Notes under the pieces: generated by a model | Told to the model about the DNA's origin: nothing | Databases searched by the model: none | What the model saw: the letters and a program-made list of their open reading frames with translations, nothing else | Program-made: the position numbers and the translations under genes | Source of the DNA: Patescibacteria group bacterium | Lineage (GTDB): Bacteria > Patescibacteriota > Patescibacteriia > Patescibacteriales > UBA12465 | NCBI GenBank assembly: GCA_041650715.1 | Contig: JBAZKQ010000001.1 | Coordinates: 454,945-518,944, forward strand | Length of the DNA: 64,000 bases | Direction of reading: 5' to 3' | Shown: piece after piece, positions 1 through 8,487 of the stretch | Layout of the letters: each line of letters begins with the position of its first letter | Position numbering within the stretch: position 1 is the stretch's first letter

Positions 1-1919
1 TGGCGTTTAATGAGAAGGAAGCGACCGAAATGGCGATTAAGTTTTATAATAAGATGTCGCGTCTTGAGTACGTCGCGGGCGGATCAACCAATATCAACGC
101 CGGACTCTTCTCGCCGCGCCTGAGCAATTGTTTTATTCTTGATATGGAAGATAATATCGGCCATATCGGCAAGACCGTTTCCGATGTCATGAAGCTATCC
201 AAGGCGACCGGCGGTATCGGACTCTCGGTCACAAAACTCCGCGCCAACGGTTCTCCCATTAATACCAATAATACTTTCTCTTCCGGACCGATTCCCTTCT
301 TGAATATTATTGACTCCACGATTCGCGCGATTTCCCGCGCCGGTAAAAAAATGGGGGCGCTGTGCTTCTATATGGAAAACTGGCATATTGATTTTCCGGA
401 ATTCCTCGACTTAAAACAAAACGCCGGTGATGATTATCGCCGCACGCGAACGGCCGATACAGCGGTTTGGCTTTCAGATGAATTTATGAAACGGGTTAAA
501 GCCAAGGATTGGTGGTATTTATTTGACCCCCAAGAAACGCCGGGCTTAATCGAACTCTACGGTGAGGCTTTTAGTAAGCGCTACGGCGAATATATTGCAC
601 TTGCTGAAGCGGGTAAAATGAGAGTATTCCGAAAAATAAAAGCCGATGAACAATTCCGTAATATTATAACTTCCCTCCAAGGAACATCTCACCCCTGGAT
701 AACCTGGAAAGATACGATTAATACGCGCGCCCTAAATAATAATACCGGCACAATTTATAGCTCTAATCTCTGCACGGAAATTACGCTCCCAGCGAATAAG
801 GATAACGTCGCTGTCTGTAATTTATTATCTATTAATCTGGCTCAGCATTTAAGCAACGCTAAAATTGATTGGGCACGGCTTGAAGACAGTGTTATTCTCG
901 GAGTGCGCCAATTAGATAATCTGGTTGATATTAATCAGCCGCCTATTCCGGAAGCGATTAATTTTGATAAAAATAACCGCGCGCTTGGGATGGGCGTAAT
1001 GGGTCTGGCCGATCTCTTTGAGCAGCTTGATCTGGCTTATGATAGCCCAGAGGCAGCAGCGCTGACCGATGAAATAATGGAATTCATTAGCTACCACGCT
1101 ATTTTAACGAGCTGCAAATTAGCGCAAGAAAAAGGCAGTTATGCTAACTTCGCGGGTTCGGCTTGGTCGCAAGGATTTCTGCCCTTCGACACTTTAGCCA
1201 AACTTGATAAAGACCGGGGAGAAATTTTACAGGTTAGCCGAGATAAAAAACTTGACTGGGAAAAGATTCGCCCCTTAGCCAAAACGGGAATGCGCAATTC
1301 AACCCTGCTCGCGATTGCCCCGACCGCCAATATCGGCTTAATTGCCGGCACCTCAACCGGAATCGATCCCCGCTTCGCACAAATATTTAGCCGCAATACT
1401 TTATCGGGTAAATATTTAGCGCTTAACTTCAATCTCGTTAAGGCTTTAAAGCGTTTAGATCTTTGGGAAACGACCAAGGAGCAGATACTGGTTGACCAAG
1501 GAGACCTAAGCGCGATTACAGAAATTCCAGAAAACATTAAAAATATTTATAAAGATTCCTTCTCTGTGAATTCCGATTCTTTTATTAATGTGGCCGCCCG
1601 CGCCCAAAAATGGGTTGACCAGGCGATTAGCCGCAATATGTATTTAAGCACGCGCGATACTAATGAAATCATGAGTATTTATATTAAAGCTTGGGAAAGC
1701 GGACTCAAAACTACCTATTACCTACACATGAAACCCCGCCACACGGCTGAACAAAGCACGGTGAAAGTTAATAAGGCTGATTCTATGGGCCGTAAAGGTT
1801 TTGGTGCGCTCTTGGCCGATAAAGCGGAGACAATGAGCGAAAAAGCAGCGACTGTTGCCCCGATACTCGCTTGTCCGACTGATCCGCAGGAACGCTTGCT
1901 TTGCGACAGTTGCCAATAA
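1..1919 (+). CDS. nrdA: Class I ribonucleotide reductase large (alpha) subunit, C-terminal ~639 aa; 5' end lies outside the window
   Basis: The frame is open from the window edge (codons before the M at 30 read AFNEKEATE with no stop). It has the SNLCTEI active-site motif, APTANIG and a C-terminal CDSC redox tail. nrdB follows directly. Confidence 0.9.
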   Translation, partial: AFNEKEATEMAIKFYNKMSRLEYVAGGSTNINAGLFSPRLSNCFILDMEDNIGHIGKTVSDVMKLSKATGGIGLSVTKLRANGSPINTNNTFSSGPIPFLNIIDSTIRAISRAGKKMGALCFYMENWHIDFPEFLDLKQNAGDDYRRTRTADTAVWLSDEFMKRVKAKDWWYLFDPQETPGLIELYGEAFSKRYGEYIALAEAGKMRVFRKIKADEQFRNIITSLQGTSHPWITWKDTINTRALNNNTGTIYSSNLCTEITLPANKDNVAVCNLLSINLAQHLSNAKIDWARLEDSVILGVRQLDNLVDINQPPIPEAINFDKNNRALGMGVMGLADLFEQLDLAYDSPEAAALTDEIMEFISYHAILTSCKLAQEKGSYANFAGSAWSQGFLPFDTLAKLDKDRGEILQVSRDKKLDWEKIRPLAKTGMRNSTLLAIAPTANIGLIAGTSTGIDPRFAQIFSRNTLSGKYLALNFNLVKALKRLDLWETTKEQILVDQGDLSAITEIPENIKNIYKDSFSVNSDSFINVAARAQKWVDQAISRNMYLSTRDTNEIMSIYIKAWESGLKTTYYLHMKPRHTAEQSTVKVNKADSMGRKGFGALLADKAETMSEKAATVAPILACPTDPQERLLCDSCQ

Positions 1920-1974
1920 GAAACAAACGATAAAGAGATTAAAAATAAATAAATTAATTATTAACAATAAATAT

Positions 1975-2961
1975 ATGATATTAGGAAAACCTCTCAATGA
2001 GGATATGCAACTCCGGCCCATTAAATATCCCTGGGCATATGAATTATATAATCAAGCGGTCGCTAATACTTGGTTTCCGCACGAAATCGCGCTCGGCGAA
2101 GATTTGGGCGATTGGAAAAAAATGACGGAAGACGAAAGGCACGCCGTCGGCTTTCTCATGAGTTTCTTTAATCCGGCTGAATTAATCGTCAACCGAACTT
2201 TGGCTCTTGGCGTATACCCCTATTTAAAAGCGCCCGAAGCCCATTTATACCTGGCGAAACAAATGTGGGAAGAGGCTAACCATTGTATGGCTTTTGAATA
2301 TGTTTTAGAAACTTTCCCGCTTGACCGTGAAACCGTCTTCCAGCAGCATCTCGAAACTCCGTCCATTAAAGCCAAGGAAGATTGGATCGCTCAATTTTTA
2401 CTGAGAATGAATGAGACGAGCTTAAATATCGAAACAACCGAAGGTAAGAAAGATTTTGTACGTAATTTAATCGCCTATAATATTGTCATGGAAGGAATTT
2501 GGTTCTATAGCGGTTTTATGGTCGCGCTCAGTTTTCGCCAGAGAAATCAGCTGAAAAATTTTGGATCCTTAATCGATTGGGTCGTGCGCGACGAAAGTTT
2601 GCATCTTAAATTCGGCATTAATTTAATTCTCACGATTTTAGAAGAAAATCCGGATATCGTGACACCGGAATTTAGCCAAGAACTGCAGGGCATAATTATC
2701 GACGGAGTTAATCTCGAAACAAGTTATAATCAAGACATGTTTCCGCGCGGCATCTTAGGTTTAAATGCCGACTACGTTAATCAATATGTGCAATATGTGG
2801 CTGACCGCCGTTTGGAAGAATTAGGCTTCAAGGCGCATTACAATGTGAGCAACCCGGCGAAATGGATGGCGACGGCAACCGACACCCTCGAGCTCGTGAA
2901 CTTCTTCGAAACCCAAAATACTAATTATGAGGTGGATGGACGAGCTGGTCAAAATAAATAA
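1975..2961 (+). CDS. nrdB: Ribonucleotide reductase small (beta) subunit with class Ic-type substitutions
   Basis: Ferritin-like R2 motifs are present: ERHAVGFLMSFFNPAELIVN, EEANHCMAF, EGIWFYSGF, RDESLHL. I moved the start from 1855 to the ATG at 1975 (MILGKP) because that ATG has the local aataaatatATG start context and 1855-1919 overlaps the nrdA tail. Confidence 0.9.
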   Translation: MILGKPLNEDMQLRPIKYPWAYELYNQAVANTWFPHEIALGEDLGDWKKMTEDERHAVGFLMSFFNPAELIVNRTLALGVYPYLKAPEAHLYLAKQMWEEANHCMAFEYVLETFPLDRETVFQQHLETPSIKAKEDWIAQFLLRMNETSLNIETTEGKKDFVRNLIAYNIVMEGIWFYSGFMVALSFRQRNQLKNFGSLIDWVVRDESLHLKFGINLILTILEENPDIVTPEFSQELQGIIIDGVNLETSYNQDMFPRGILGLNADYVNQYVQYVADRRLEELGFKAHYNVSNPAKWMATATDTLELVNFFETQNTNYEVDGRAGQNK

Positions 2962-3008
2962 AAAAAGGGGGCTCTTTTCATAAAACCTTAGTTTTATGAT
3001 AGAACCCC
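2961..3008 (-). terminator. Intrinsic terminator read on the minus strand
   Basis: Minus strand reads GGGGUUCUAUCAUAAAAC-UAAG-GUUUUAUGAAAAGAGCCCC followed by U7. The plus-strand reading has no U-run after the hairpin. Confidence 0.6.
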
Positions 3009-3137
3009 GACACGCGCGTGTCACTCAAGCTCCGGATATTTTCCAGTAATCTGCCGCCCGTTGGCCGTAACCAGCGTGACCGCCCAAAGGAAAAGTCCTT
3101 CATTGCTCAAGCATTAAGCAAGCCGTAGCTTAACTCT
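2962..3137 (-). ncRNA. Candidate ~175-nt small RNA of unknown class, convergent with nrdB
   Basis: It is bounded by a TTGACA-17-TAGCAT promoter and the U7 terminator and contains no ORF. Its 5' UUAAGCUACGG can pair with the 3' CCGGAGCUUGA. Internal hairpins are UUGCUU/GAGCAA, AAGGA/UCCUU and GACAC-GCGC-GUGUC. Confidence 0.4.
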
Positions 3138-3143
3138 ATAAAA

Positions 3144-3172
3144 ATGCTACAATAATTCTCCTATTTTGTCAA
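3144..3172 (-). promoter_or_regulatory. Sigma-70-type promoter for the candidate sRNA
   Basis: Minus strand reads TTGACA (3172-3167), 17-nt spacer, TAGCAT (3149-3144). Confidence 0.45.
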
Positions 3173-3214
3173 TCTATAAAAAATGCGCACAAAAAAACCC
3201 AGCGCAAACTGAAT

Positions 3215-3793
3215 TTAATTATCTTTATTATTTATCGGCGGTAGCTGAGAGGGCGGCGATAAATTATTGGTTGGAGGACTATATAATATTTTTAATTTTT
3301 CGAGTCCGCGATGCAATTGGACGGCAATTGTTTCCTTTGATTGCCCGGTAATAAGCGCCATCTCTTTAAGGGTGAGCTCTTGGACATAGCGCATTTTCAT
3401 GACTTTTTGATATTTTTCCGGAAGTTGCGCAATCAAAATCATCGCTCGCTTACCGTCAAGCATATTCACTAAACGATCAGAATTATCTTCACTCGGCTGA
3501 AGTCCATTTGCCATTAACTCATCGAGTGAGCTTGTTTTCCGTTTTCGGTATTCATCGATAATCAAATTTTTAAGAATATGGTAAAGAAAGCTCTTCATAA
3601 TATCTATTTTCCCTCCCCTGACAAGATAGGACCAGGTTTTTCGAAAAGTATCCTGGACAAGATCTTCACTCGTGGCCTTACTTTGCACCCTAAACAAGGC
3701 GTATAAACTAAGCTTTTTTCCGTAGTTTTCGTGAGCTACGGTCATTATCGCTCTTTGTTTTGTTTCCTGTTTTGGCGTCATATCATTGCTCAT
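3215..3793 (-). CDS. ECF (sigma-24 family) RNA polymerase sigma factor
   Basis: Region 2 reads DLVQDTFRKTWSYL...FLYHILKNLIIDEYRKR. Region 4 HTH reads LPEKYQKVMKMRYVQELTLKEMALITGQSKETIAVQLHRGLEKLK. Confidence 0.85.
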   Translation of the reverse strand: MSNDMTPKQETKQRAIMTVAHENYGKKLSLYALFRVQSKATSEDLVQDTFRKTWSYLVRGGKIDIMKSFLYHILKNLIIDEYRKRKTSSLDELMANGLQPSEDNSDRLVNMLDGKRAMILIAQLPEKYQKVMKMRYVQELTLKEMALITGQSKETIAVQLHRGLEKLKILYSPPTNNLSPPSQLPPINNKDN

Positions 3794-4165
3794 TTTAATA
3801 AGCCGTAATAGCTTCTAATATATTACGTAATTATTACAGCAATACATCTTCTCGGGCCCAAATATTCATATTTCAAGGTATTAAATCGTCTTTTCTAATG
3901 TCTAATTAATTACAAACTTATTACAACTATTAATTAATCAGCCCATTTACTTGGGCCTTAAGTATAGCTCTATATCACCATAATAGATAGTCACCGGATA
4001 GTCGTAATGTATTTGTGGCTGCAACGGCTTATTTAATACAAAGTAGCCCTCTCTACTTTAAATTAATTAAATCGCCTAATAATATCGAGGGGTCGACCTT
4101 ATTATTAAGCCATGCTTGATTTCTAATTAAAATAGAGAGTAAATCTTAATATAAATAATAATCAT

Positions 4166-4882
4166 ATGAAAAAAATTTTTTTGCTGGCGTCTCTCGCGAT
4201 TATGATCGCACTGGGTATTTCTGCCTTGCCGGCTGCTACGAAAGCTGAGGGTATGAGTACGAAACTATCTGAGGATATGGGCACAAAACTGAGTGGCCGC
4301 ATCTTAATCGCCGTTCAAGCTAACGGCGAGACCTGGTATGTTAATCCGATTAATCAACAGCGGTATTTTCTCGGCCAACCGCTTGATGCCTTTAGTATCA
4401 TGCAACAATTAGGCCTGGGTATTTCCAACTCTGATTTCGATTCATATAACGGCACCGCTCCCATGAGACTATCGGGATTAATTTTACTTAAAGTTCAGTC
4501 GCATGGCGAAGCTTATTATGTAAATCCAGTTGATTTAAAAATGCATTATTTAGGCACACCGAGTCAAGCTCTCGCCTTAATGCGCAGTCTCAGCCTCGGG
4601 ATTACCAATGTTGATTTGAATAAAATGGCGATCCAAGAAAACTGGAACATTAGTATCAATGACTCGACATTTAGCCCCAAGGTTTTAACAGTGAAAAAAG
4701 GCGCGATGGTTACCTGGACAAATAACGAAAATACATCCCACACAGTAACTTCGCTTAATAACTTCAACTTTGGCGAAATCGCTCCCGGAAAAACCTATAG
4801 CCGGATGTTTAATGTTGTCGGCACCTATAATTATTATTCCCTTAACCAAAGTAGTATGACCGGAACTATTATTGTTCAATAA
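4166..4882 (+). CDS. Secreted protein with two internal ~55-aa repeats and a C-terminal cupredoxin-like domain
   Basis: Signal/anchor MKKIFLLASLAIMIALGISALPAATKA. The repeats are LSGRILIAVQANGETWYVNP... and LSGLILLKVQSHGEAYYVNP.... The C-terminus reads FSPKVLTVKKGAMVTWTNNENTSHTVT...GTYNYYS...MTGTIIVQ with no Cys ligand. Confidence 0.6.
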   Translation: MKKIFLLASLAIMIALGISALPAATKAEGMSTKLSEDMGTKLSGRILIAVQANGETWYVNPINQQRYFLGQPLDAFSIMQQLGLGISNSDFDSYNGTAPMRLSGLILLKVQSHGEAYYVNPVDLKMHYLGTPSQALALMRSLSLGITNVDLNKMAIQENWNISINDSTFSPKVLTVKKGAMVTWTNNENTSHTVTSLNNFNFGEIAPGKTYSRMFNVVGTYNYYSLNQSSMTGTIIVQ

Positions 4883-4944
4883 GACCAGTAATCACTTGCT
4901 ATTCAGGAATCGCTCAGGATGAATTTCTTGAGCGATTTTTTGTA

Positions 4945-5553
4945 ATGATTTCTGATTTGCCACGGCTTATTAATATGAAAACAATAAAAAAAACAACTAA
5001 AAAACCAAATAAGGCAATTTCCTATGAACATTTTTTTGAGAAAGCTTGGCAAGATAGTTGGACCTATATTAAAACCGTAGTTGATGTTATCCGGGAGCCG
5101 ATATTAATTCTCAATAAAGACTTTAAAGTATTAGCAGCTAACGACCCTTTCTACCACATGTTTCAAGTCGAACAAAAGGATACGGAAAATAAGATCATCT
5201 ATGAGCTCGGAAACGGGCAATGGGATATTCCGAGTTTACGCAAACTGCTGGAAAATATCCTGCCCAAAAATACCTTTTTTAAAGGCTTTGAAGTTTCACA
5301 TAATTTTCCGATAATTGGCAATAAAATCATGATTCTTAACGCCCGCCAAATTCATTTTAATGAAGATGATAAAGCAACCAAAGTCTTCCCTTCTATTATT
5401 CTGCTCGCAATTGAGGACATTACGGAAATGATGCTCATTGCCGAAACCCTATCTGGCCATACAAAAAACCTCGAAGATAAACTCACGAAGCGAACCGAAA
5501 AATTAGAAGAATATATTAAAAAGTTAGAAAAAGAAATTAATAAACTTAAATAA
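4945..5553 (+). CDS. PAS-domain protein with a C-terminal coiled coil
   Basis: PAS-like core: ILILNKDFKVLAANDPFYHMFQVEQKDTENKIIYELGNGQWDIPSLRKLLENILPKNTFFKGFEVSHNFPIIGNKIMILNARQI. The tail is K/E-rich and heptad-like. The real start may be M at 4975. Confidence 0.6.
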   Translation: MISDLPRLINMKTIKKTTKKPNKAISYEHFFEKAWQDSWTYIKTVVDVIREPILILNKDFKVLAANDPFYHMFQVEQKDTENKIIYELGNGQWDIPSLRKLLENILPKNTFFKGFEVSHNFPIIGNKIMILNARQIHFNEDDKATKVFPSIILLAIEDITEMMLIAETLSGHTKNLEDKLTKRTEKLEEYIKKLEKEINKLK

Positions 5554-5568
5554 TAGATCAATAAATTT

Positions 5569-6024
5569 ATGAAAAATAAATTAATAATTGGCATTATCAC
5601 CGTGTTTATCTTCGCCTCTGCCGTTTCTACGGTTGGGGCACGTCAATTTGAAGTTGGCGTAGCGGAAAAATCGGGCAGCAGTTCTATGGTTCAAGTGGGC
5701 GATGCCTCGGTAAACCGGGAAACGCCGAGTGCCAGCGCTTCGGCCTTAATTGCAGCGGACAACAGAAGTACCTTAGAAACCTTTCTATTTGGTCCGAGCG
5801 AAAAGAATCTTAAGGCTGTTAAAACAGAGCTAATTGTGACTAATAGCAATCTTGCCCAATTAAAATCCCTGCTCAGTATCACCATGGATGACGCCGGAAT
5901 AGTCGGACTTAATGCGCAAATAAATGATCTTGAATTTAAAAAAGCGCTGCTCGAAGAGCATATCGCTACTCAAGAAAAAACTTTTAGTGTCTTAGGCTGG
6001 TTTAAAAAATTATTTACAAAATAA
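5569..6024 (+). CDS. Secreted hypothetical protein
   Basis: ORF with N-terminal hydrophobic signal MKNKLIIGIITVFIFASAVSTVGA and the aataaatttATG start context. Confidence 0.5.
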   Translation: MKNKLIIGIITVFIFASAVSTVGARQFEVGVAEKSGSSSMVQVGDASVNRETPSASASALIAADNRSTLETFLFGPSEKNLKAVKTELIVTNSNLAQLKSLLSITMDDAGIVGLNAQINDLEFKKALLEEHIATQEKTFSVLGWFKKLFTK

Positions 6025-6035
6025 ATAATAATCAT

Positions 6036-6392
6036 ATGAATTCATATAACTCACCCTCAACTAAACCTTTATACCGGGGCACCCAAATTGTCTGGTATAT
6101 TTTAGGACTACTCGAAGCGCTCCTCGCCTTTCGTTTCATCTTAAAACTGCTGGGGGCCAACCCTCAAGCCGGTTTCAGTAGTTTTATCTATAATGTCAGC
6201 TATCCTTTCGCGGCACCCTTCCTTAATGTTTTCCGCGTTAATCGGGTTGGCGGCAGCGTATTTGAGTGGACCACGCTACTGGCAATTTTGGTTTATGGCT
6301 TAATCGCTTCGGCGATTGTTAAGATGTTCTTTATGAGCAAAACTGTCTCGACCTCGGAGGCAGCGGCGAAACTGAATGCCGAGGAAAAATAA
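6036..6392 (+). CDS. YggT-like small integral membrane protein
   Basis: YRGTQIVWYILGLLEALLAFRFILKLLGANP...PFLNVF followed by a second TM segment. The 20-nt start context is identical to that of the gene at 4166. Confidence 0.5.
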   Translation: MNSYNSPSTKPLYRGTQIVWYILGLLEALLAFRFILKLLGANPQAGFSSFIYNVSYPFAAPFLNVFRVNRVGGSVFEWTTLLAILVYGLIASAIVKMFFMSKTVSTSEAAAKLNAEEK

Positions 6393-6479
6393 TTTATTAA
6401 TTTTGCGTATTATTTTATAATTGTCGACCATAATATTTTTAATTAAATTGGTCGATACTAATTAAATTACAATAAACAT

Positions 6480-6626
6480 ATGACAAACGACAAAGATTTA
6501 AAAGATGAAAAAGTTTTAGAAGAAGAAAAGTCAGCGCGCGAAGCGGAGGAGAAAGCAGCGGAAGCTAATAAAGAAGCGGCCGCCGAACACGAGAAAGAAG
6601 CCGAAAAACATACTAACAACAAGTAA
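6480..6626 (+). CDS. Small (48 aa) K/E-rich hypothetical protein, below the ORF-track cutoff
   Basis: ATG at 6480 with aataaacatATG context and TAA at 6624-6626. Translation: [48 protein letters not shown]. It fills an otherwise empty intergenic gap. Confidence 0.4.
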   Translation: MTNDKDLKDEKVLEEEKSAREAEEKAAEANKEAAAEHEKEAEKHTNNK

Positions 6627-6637
6627 TACATAAATAT

Positions 6638-6892
6638 ATGGGAATCATTCTTTGGATAATATTTGGTGGCCTGGTAGGTTGGATTGCGTCTTTAATTATG
6701 AAGACCGATGCGCAACAAGGCATTGTCTTGAATATTGTCGTCGGCGTTCTGGGCGCGGTTATTGGCGGTTGGATTATGAGCGCTATCGGCCAAAGCGGAG
6801 TCAGCAGTTTTAATCTCTATAGTTTCCTGGTTGCCTTACTTGGCGCCATTGTTTTGATCTGGATAGTAAAAATGGTACGGAGCAATAAATAA
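6638..6892 (+). CDS. GlsB/YeaQ/YmgE-family (transglycosylase-associated) membrane protein
   Basis: [21 protein letters not shown]... followed by Gly-rich TM helices, 84 aa. Confidence 0.8.
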   Translation: MGIILWIIFGGLVGWIASLIMKTDAQQGIVLNIVVGVLGAVIGGWIMSAIGQSGVSSFNLYSFLVALLGAIVLIWIVKMVRSNK

Positions 6893-7007
6893 CGGTTTGG
6901 GTTAGAGTATATAGTTTTATAGCAAAAAAAATAGGTCATGGGGGCCTATTTTTTGTTACAAACATATTTATTAAAAAAGGAAGGTCTTAGCGAACCCTCC
7001 TTTGACT

Positions 7008-7493
7008 TTAGATATCTGTTTGTAAGACATCAAAATATTGAATAATTAGCTTCGCCATTTCGATGTTGGCGAGCTCCCCCGTATTTATCATCTTATCGAT
7101 ATGTTTCCGATCCGTTTCAATGTGCCGAGCACGACCGAATTCGTTCAGATTATTCTTTTTGAGGGGTGCAAAATAATAGGACATTTTATCGTTTACTTTA
7201 TCCCTAAATTCATTTAGACACCATTCCCGTTTTCCCGAGGCGAGATCTTGAGCTAATATTTCGGCCTGTTCCCCGAAAGTAAGATCGTTCCATATACTTT
7301 TGTGGCGCCTTTGAGCATAGATAAGTAGGAATATTCCGCTGCCGAGCGATGTTATTATTATCCAATAGATAATTTCTAATTCATCGCTTTCAATATATTC
7401 TTTAGTCAAAGACCAAAGGAACGCAGCTACCCCAATGATTAATAATAAGCGGCCAAATATTTTAACCCGTTTAAAAAATAGTTCATCCTTCAT
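7008..7493 (-). CDS. Hypothetical membrane protein
   Basis: ORF with two N-terminal TM segments (LLLIIGVAAFLWSL, IIYWIIITSLGSGIFLLIY). Confidence 0.5.
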   Translation of the reverse strand: MKDELFFKRVKIFGRLLLIIGVAAFLWSLTKEYIESDELEIIYWIIITSLGSGIFLLIYAQRRHKSIWNDLTFGEQAEILAQDLASGKREWCLNEFRDKVNDKMSYYFAPLKKNNLNEFGRARHIETDRKHIDKMINTGELANIEMAKLIIQYFDVLQTDI

Positions 7494-7510
7494 GGTATTT
7501 TGTTTTTGTG

Positions 7511-7750
7511 TTATTGGTTCTGTAAATTATTTTTTATTATATTGGCGACGGCCAAAACGCGAGGATAAATTGAACGTCTGTTTACGGTATGACGCTTTGT
7601 GTACGCCAGAACTTCCCGGGTCAATTTTTCATTATTTATAACGCGAAAAGCGAACATTTGCTCTTTATCCTCTGCTTTCATTTCCACCGGATAAAACTCA
7701 ATGACATTGCCCTGACTATCGGCATAACTCAATTCTGACTGCTTTTTCAT
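7511..7750 (-). CDS. Hypothetical small protein
   Basis: 79-aa ORF directly downstream of a consensus promoter at 7801-7829. Confidence 0.45.
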   Translation of the reverse strand: MKKQSELSYADSQGNVIEFYPVEMKAEDKEQMFAFRVINNEKLTREVLAYTKRHTVNRRSIYPRVLAVANIIKNNLQNQ

Positions 7751-7800
7751 TGCTTTTGTTTTGATTTATATTTTGTTTATTAAAGGTCTGGTAATTTTTT

Positions 7801-7829
7801 AATATATAACATAATCGTGCTTGTGTCAA
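7801..7829 (-). promoter_or_regulatory. Sigma-70 promoter, copy 1 of a repeated promoter module
   Basis: Minus strand reads TTGACA-17-TATATT. The flanks are near-identical to 8324-8352. Confidence 0.55.
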
Positions 7830-7899
7830 TTAAAGAGCCGCCACTGGTGTGACGGCTTTAATCATGAAAATTTTAATCAATTAGGCGTTTGACGCTCAC

Positions 7900-8211
7900 C
7901 TAGTCAATTATTTGGCAGAGGCCGAGATCGTGTTGGTCATCATAGGCCAAACGACCACCCGGTCTTTTTGCCAAGGCAATGGCATGCTTTCTCGCTACTT
8001 GGTCGATGATAGAAGGGTCATCAACCGTCACTCCAATTTCGCGGAGTTCCTGCTCCAATAGGTCTGGCATGGCCCTGGTGACGACGCAGGGACGAGCGCT
8101 TTCGCGAGCGCTTGTCTGATAAGTTGAATTTGAACCCTCGATTTCCCGTAGCATTCGGGCATCGCCTGTGTGGTGTAGAATAATCAACGTGGCATTCTTT
8201 CTTTCTTGCAT
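7900..8211 (-). CDS. Hypothetical protein
   Basis: 103-aa ORF, visibly more GC-rich than its neighbours. It has its own promoter (8324-8352) and a hairpin (about 7838-7862) downstream. Confidence 0.45.
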   Translation of the reverse strand: MQERKNATLIILHHTGDARMLREIEGSNSTYQTSARESARPCVVTRAMPDLLEQELREIGVTVDDPSIIDQVARKHAIALAKRPGGRLAYDDQHDLGLCQIID

Positions 8212-8323
8212 AGTTCTGCTTTTTTTGGTTTCTTGGTTAGTAAATTTAGAGAATTGGTATAAAGGCTTAGAAAGTCTGGCAAAGACCTAAAAAGCCAAAT
8301 TTTTAAAGATCATACAACTTATT

Positions 8324-8352
8324 AATATATAACGTATACGCGTTTGTGTCAA
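8324..8352 (-). promoter_or_regulatory. Sigma-70 promoter, copy 2 of a repeated promoter module
   Basis: Minus strand reads TTGACA-17-TATATT. Compare ttaatatataacGTATACGCGTttgtgtcaat here with ttaatatataacATAATCGTGCttgtgtcaat at 7798. Confidence 0.55.
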
Positions 8353-8487
8353 TAACTAAGGCTGGCACTGACATATAAATAGAGTGATTCCCCCACTTAT
8401 AAATTGAATTTAGGCCAAAATAATGCTAATATTTAGACACAATACAATATAAAAGCTTTAAATATTTAATTTTTAAATTAATTATCT

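Noticed and set aside
1855-1974. Long N-terminal extension of nrdB in the ORF track (start at 1855)
   Set aside because: It overlaps the nrdA C-terminus in another frame and translates AT-rich spacer into Lys/Ile/Asn-rich sequence. The ATG at 1975 has the typical local start context and aligns with R2 N-termini.
3020-3140. Cobalamin or other riboswitch associated with the RNR genes
   Set aside because: The structured segment is downstream of nrdB, not upstream of it. Its promoter and terminator are on the opposite strand. I could not find the B12-box or other cobalamin riboswitch consensus elements.
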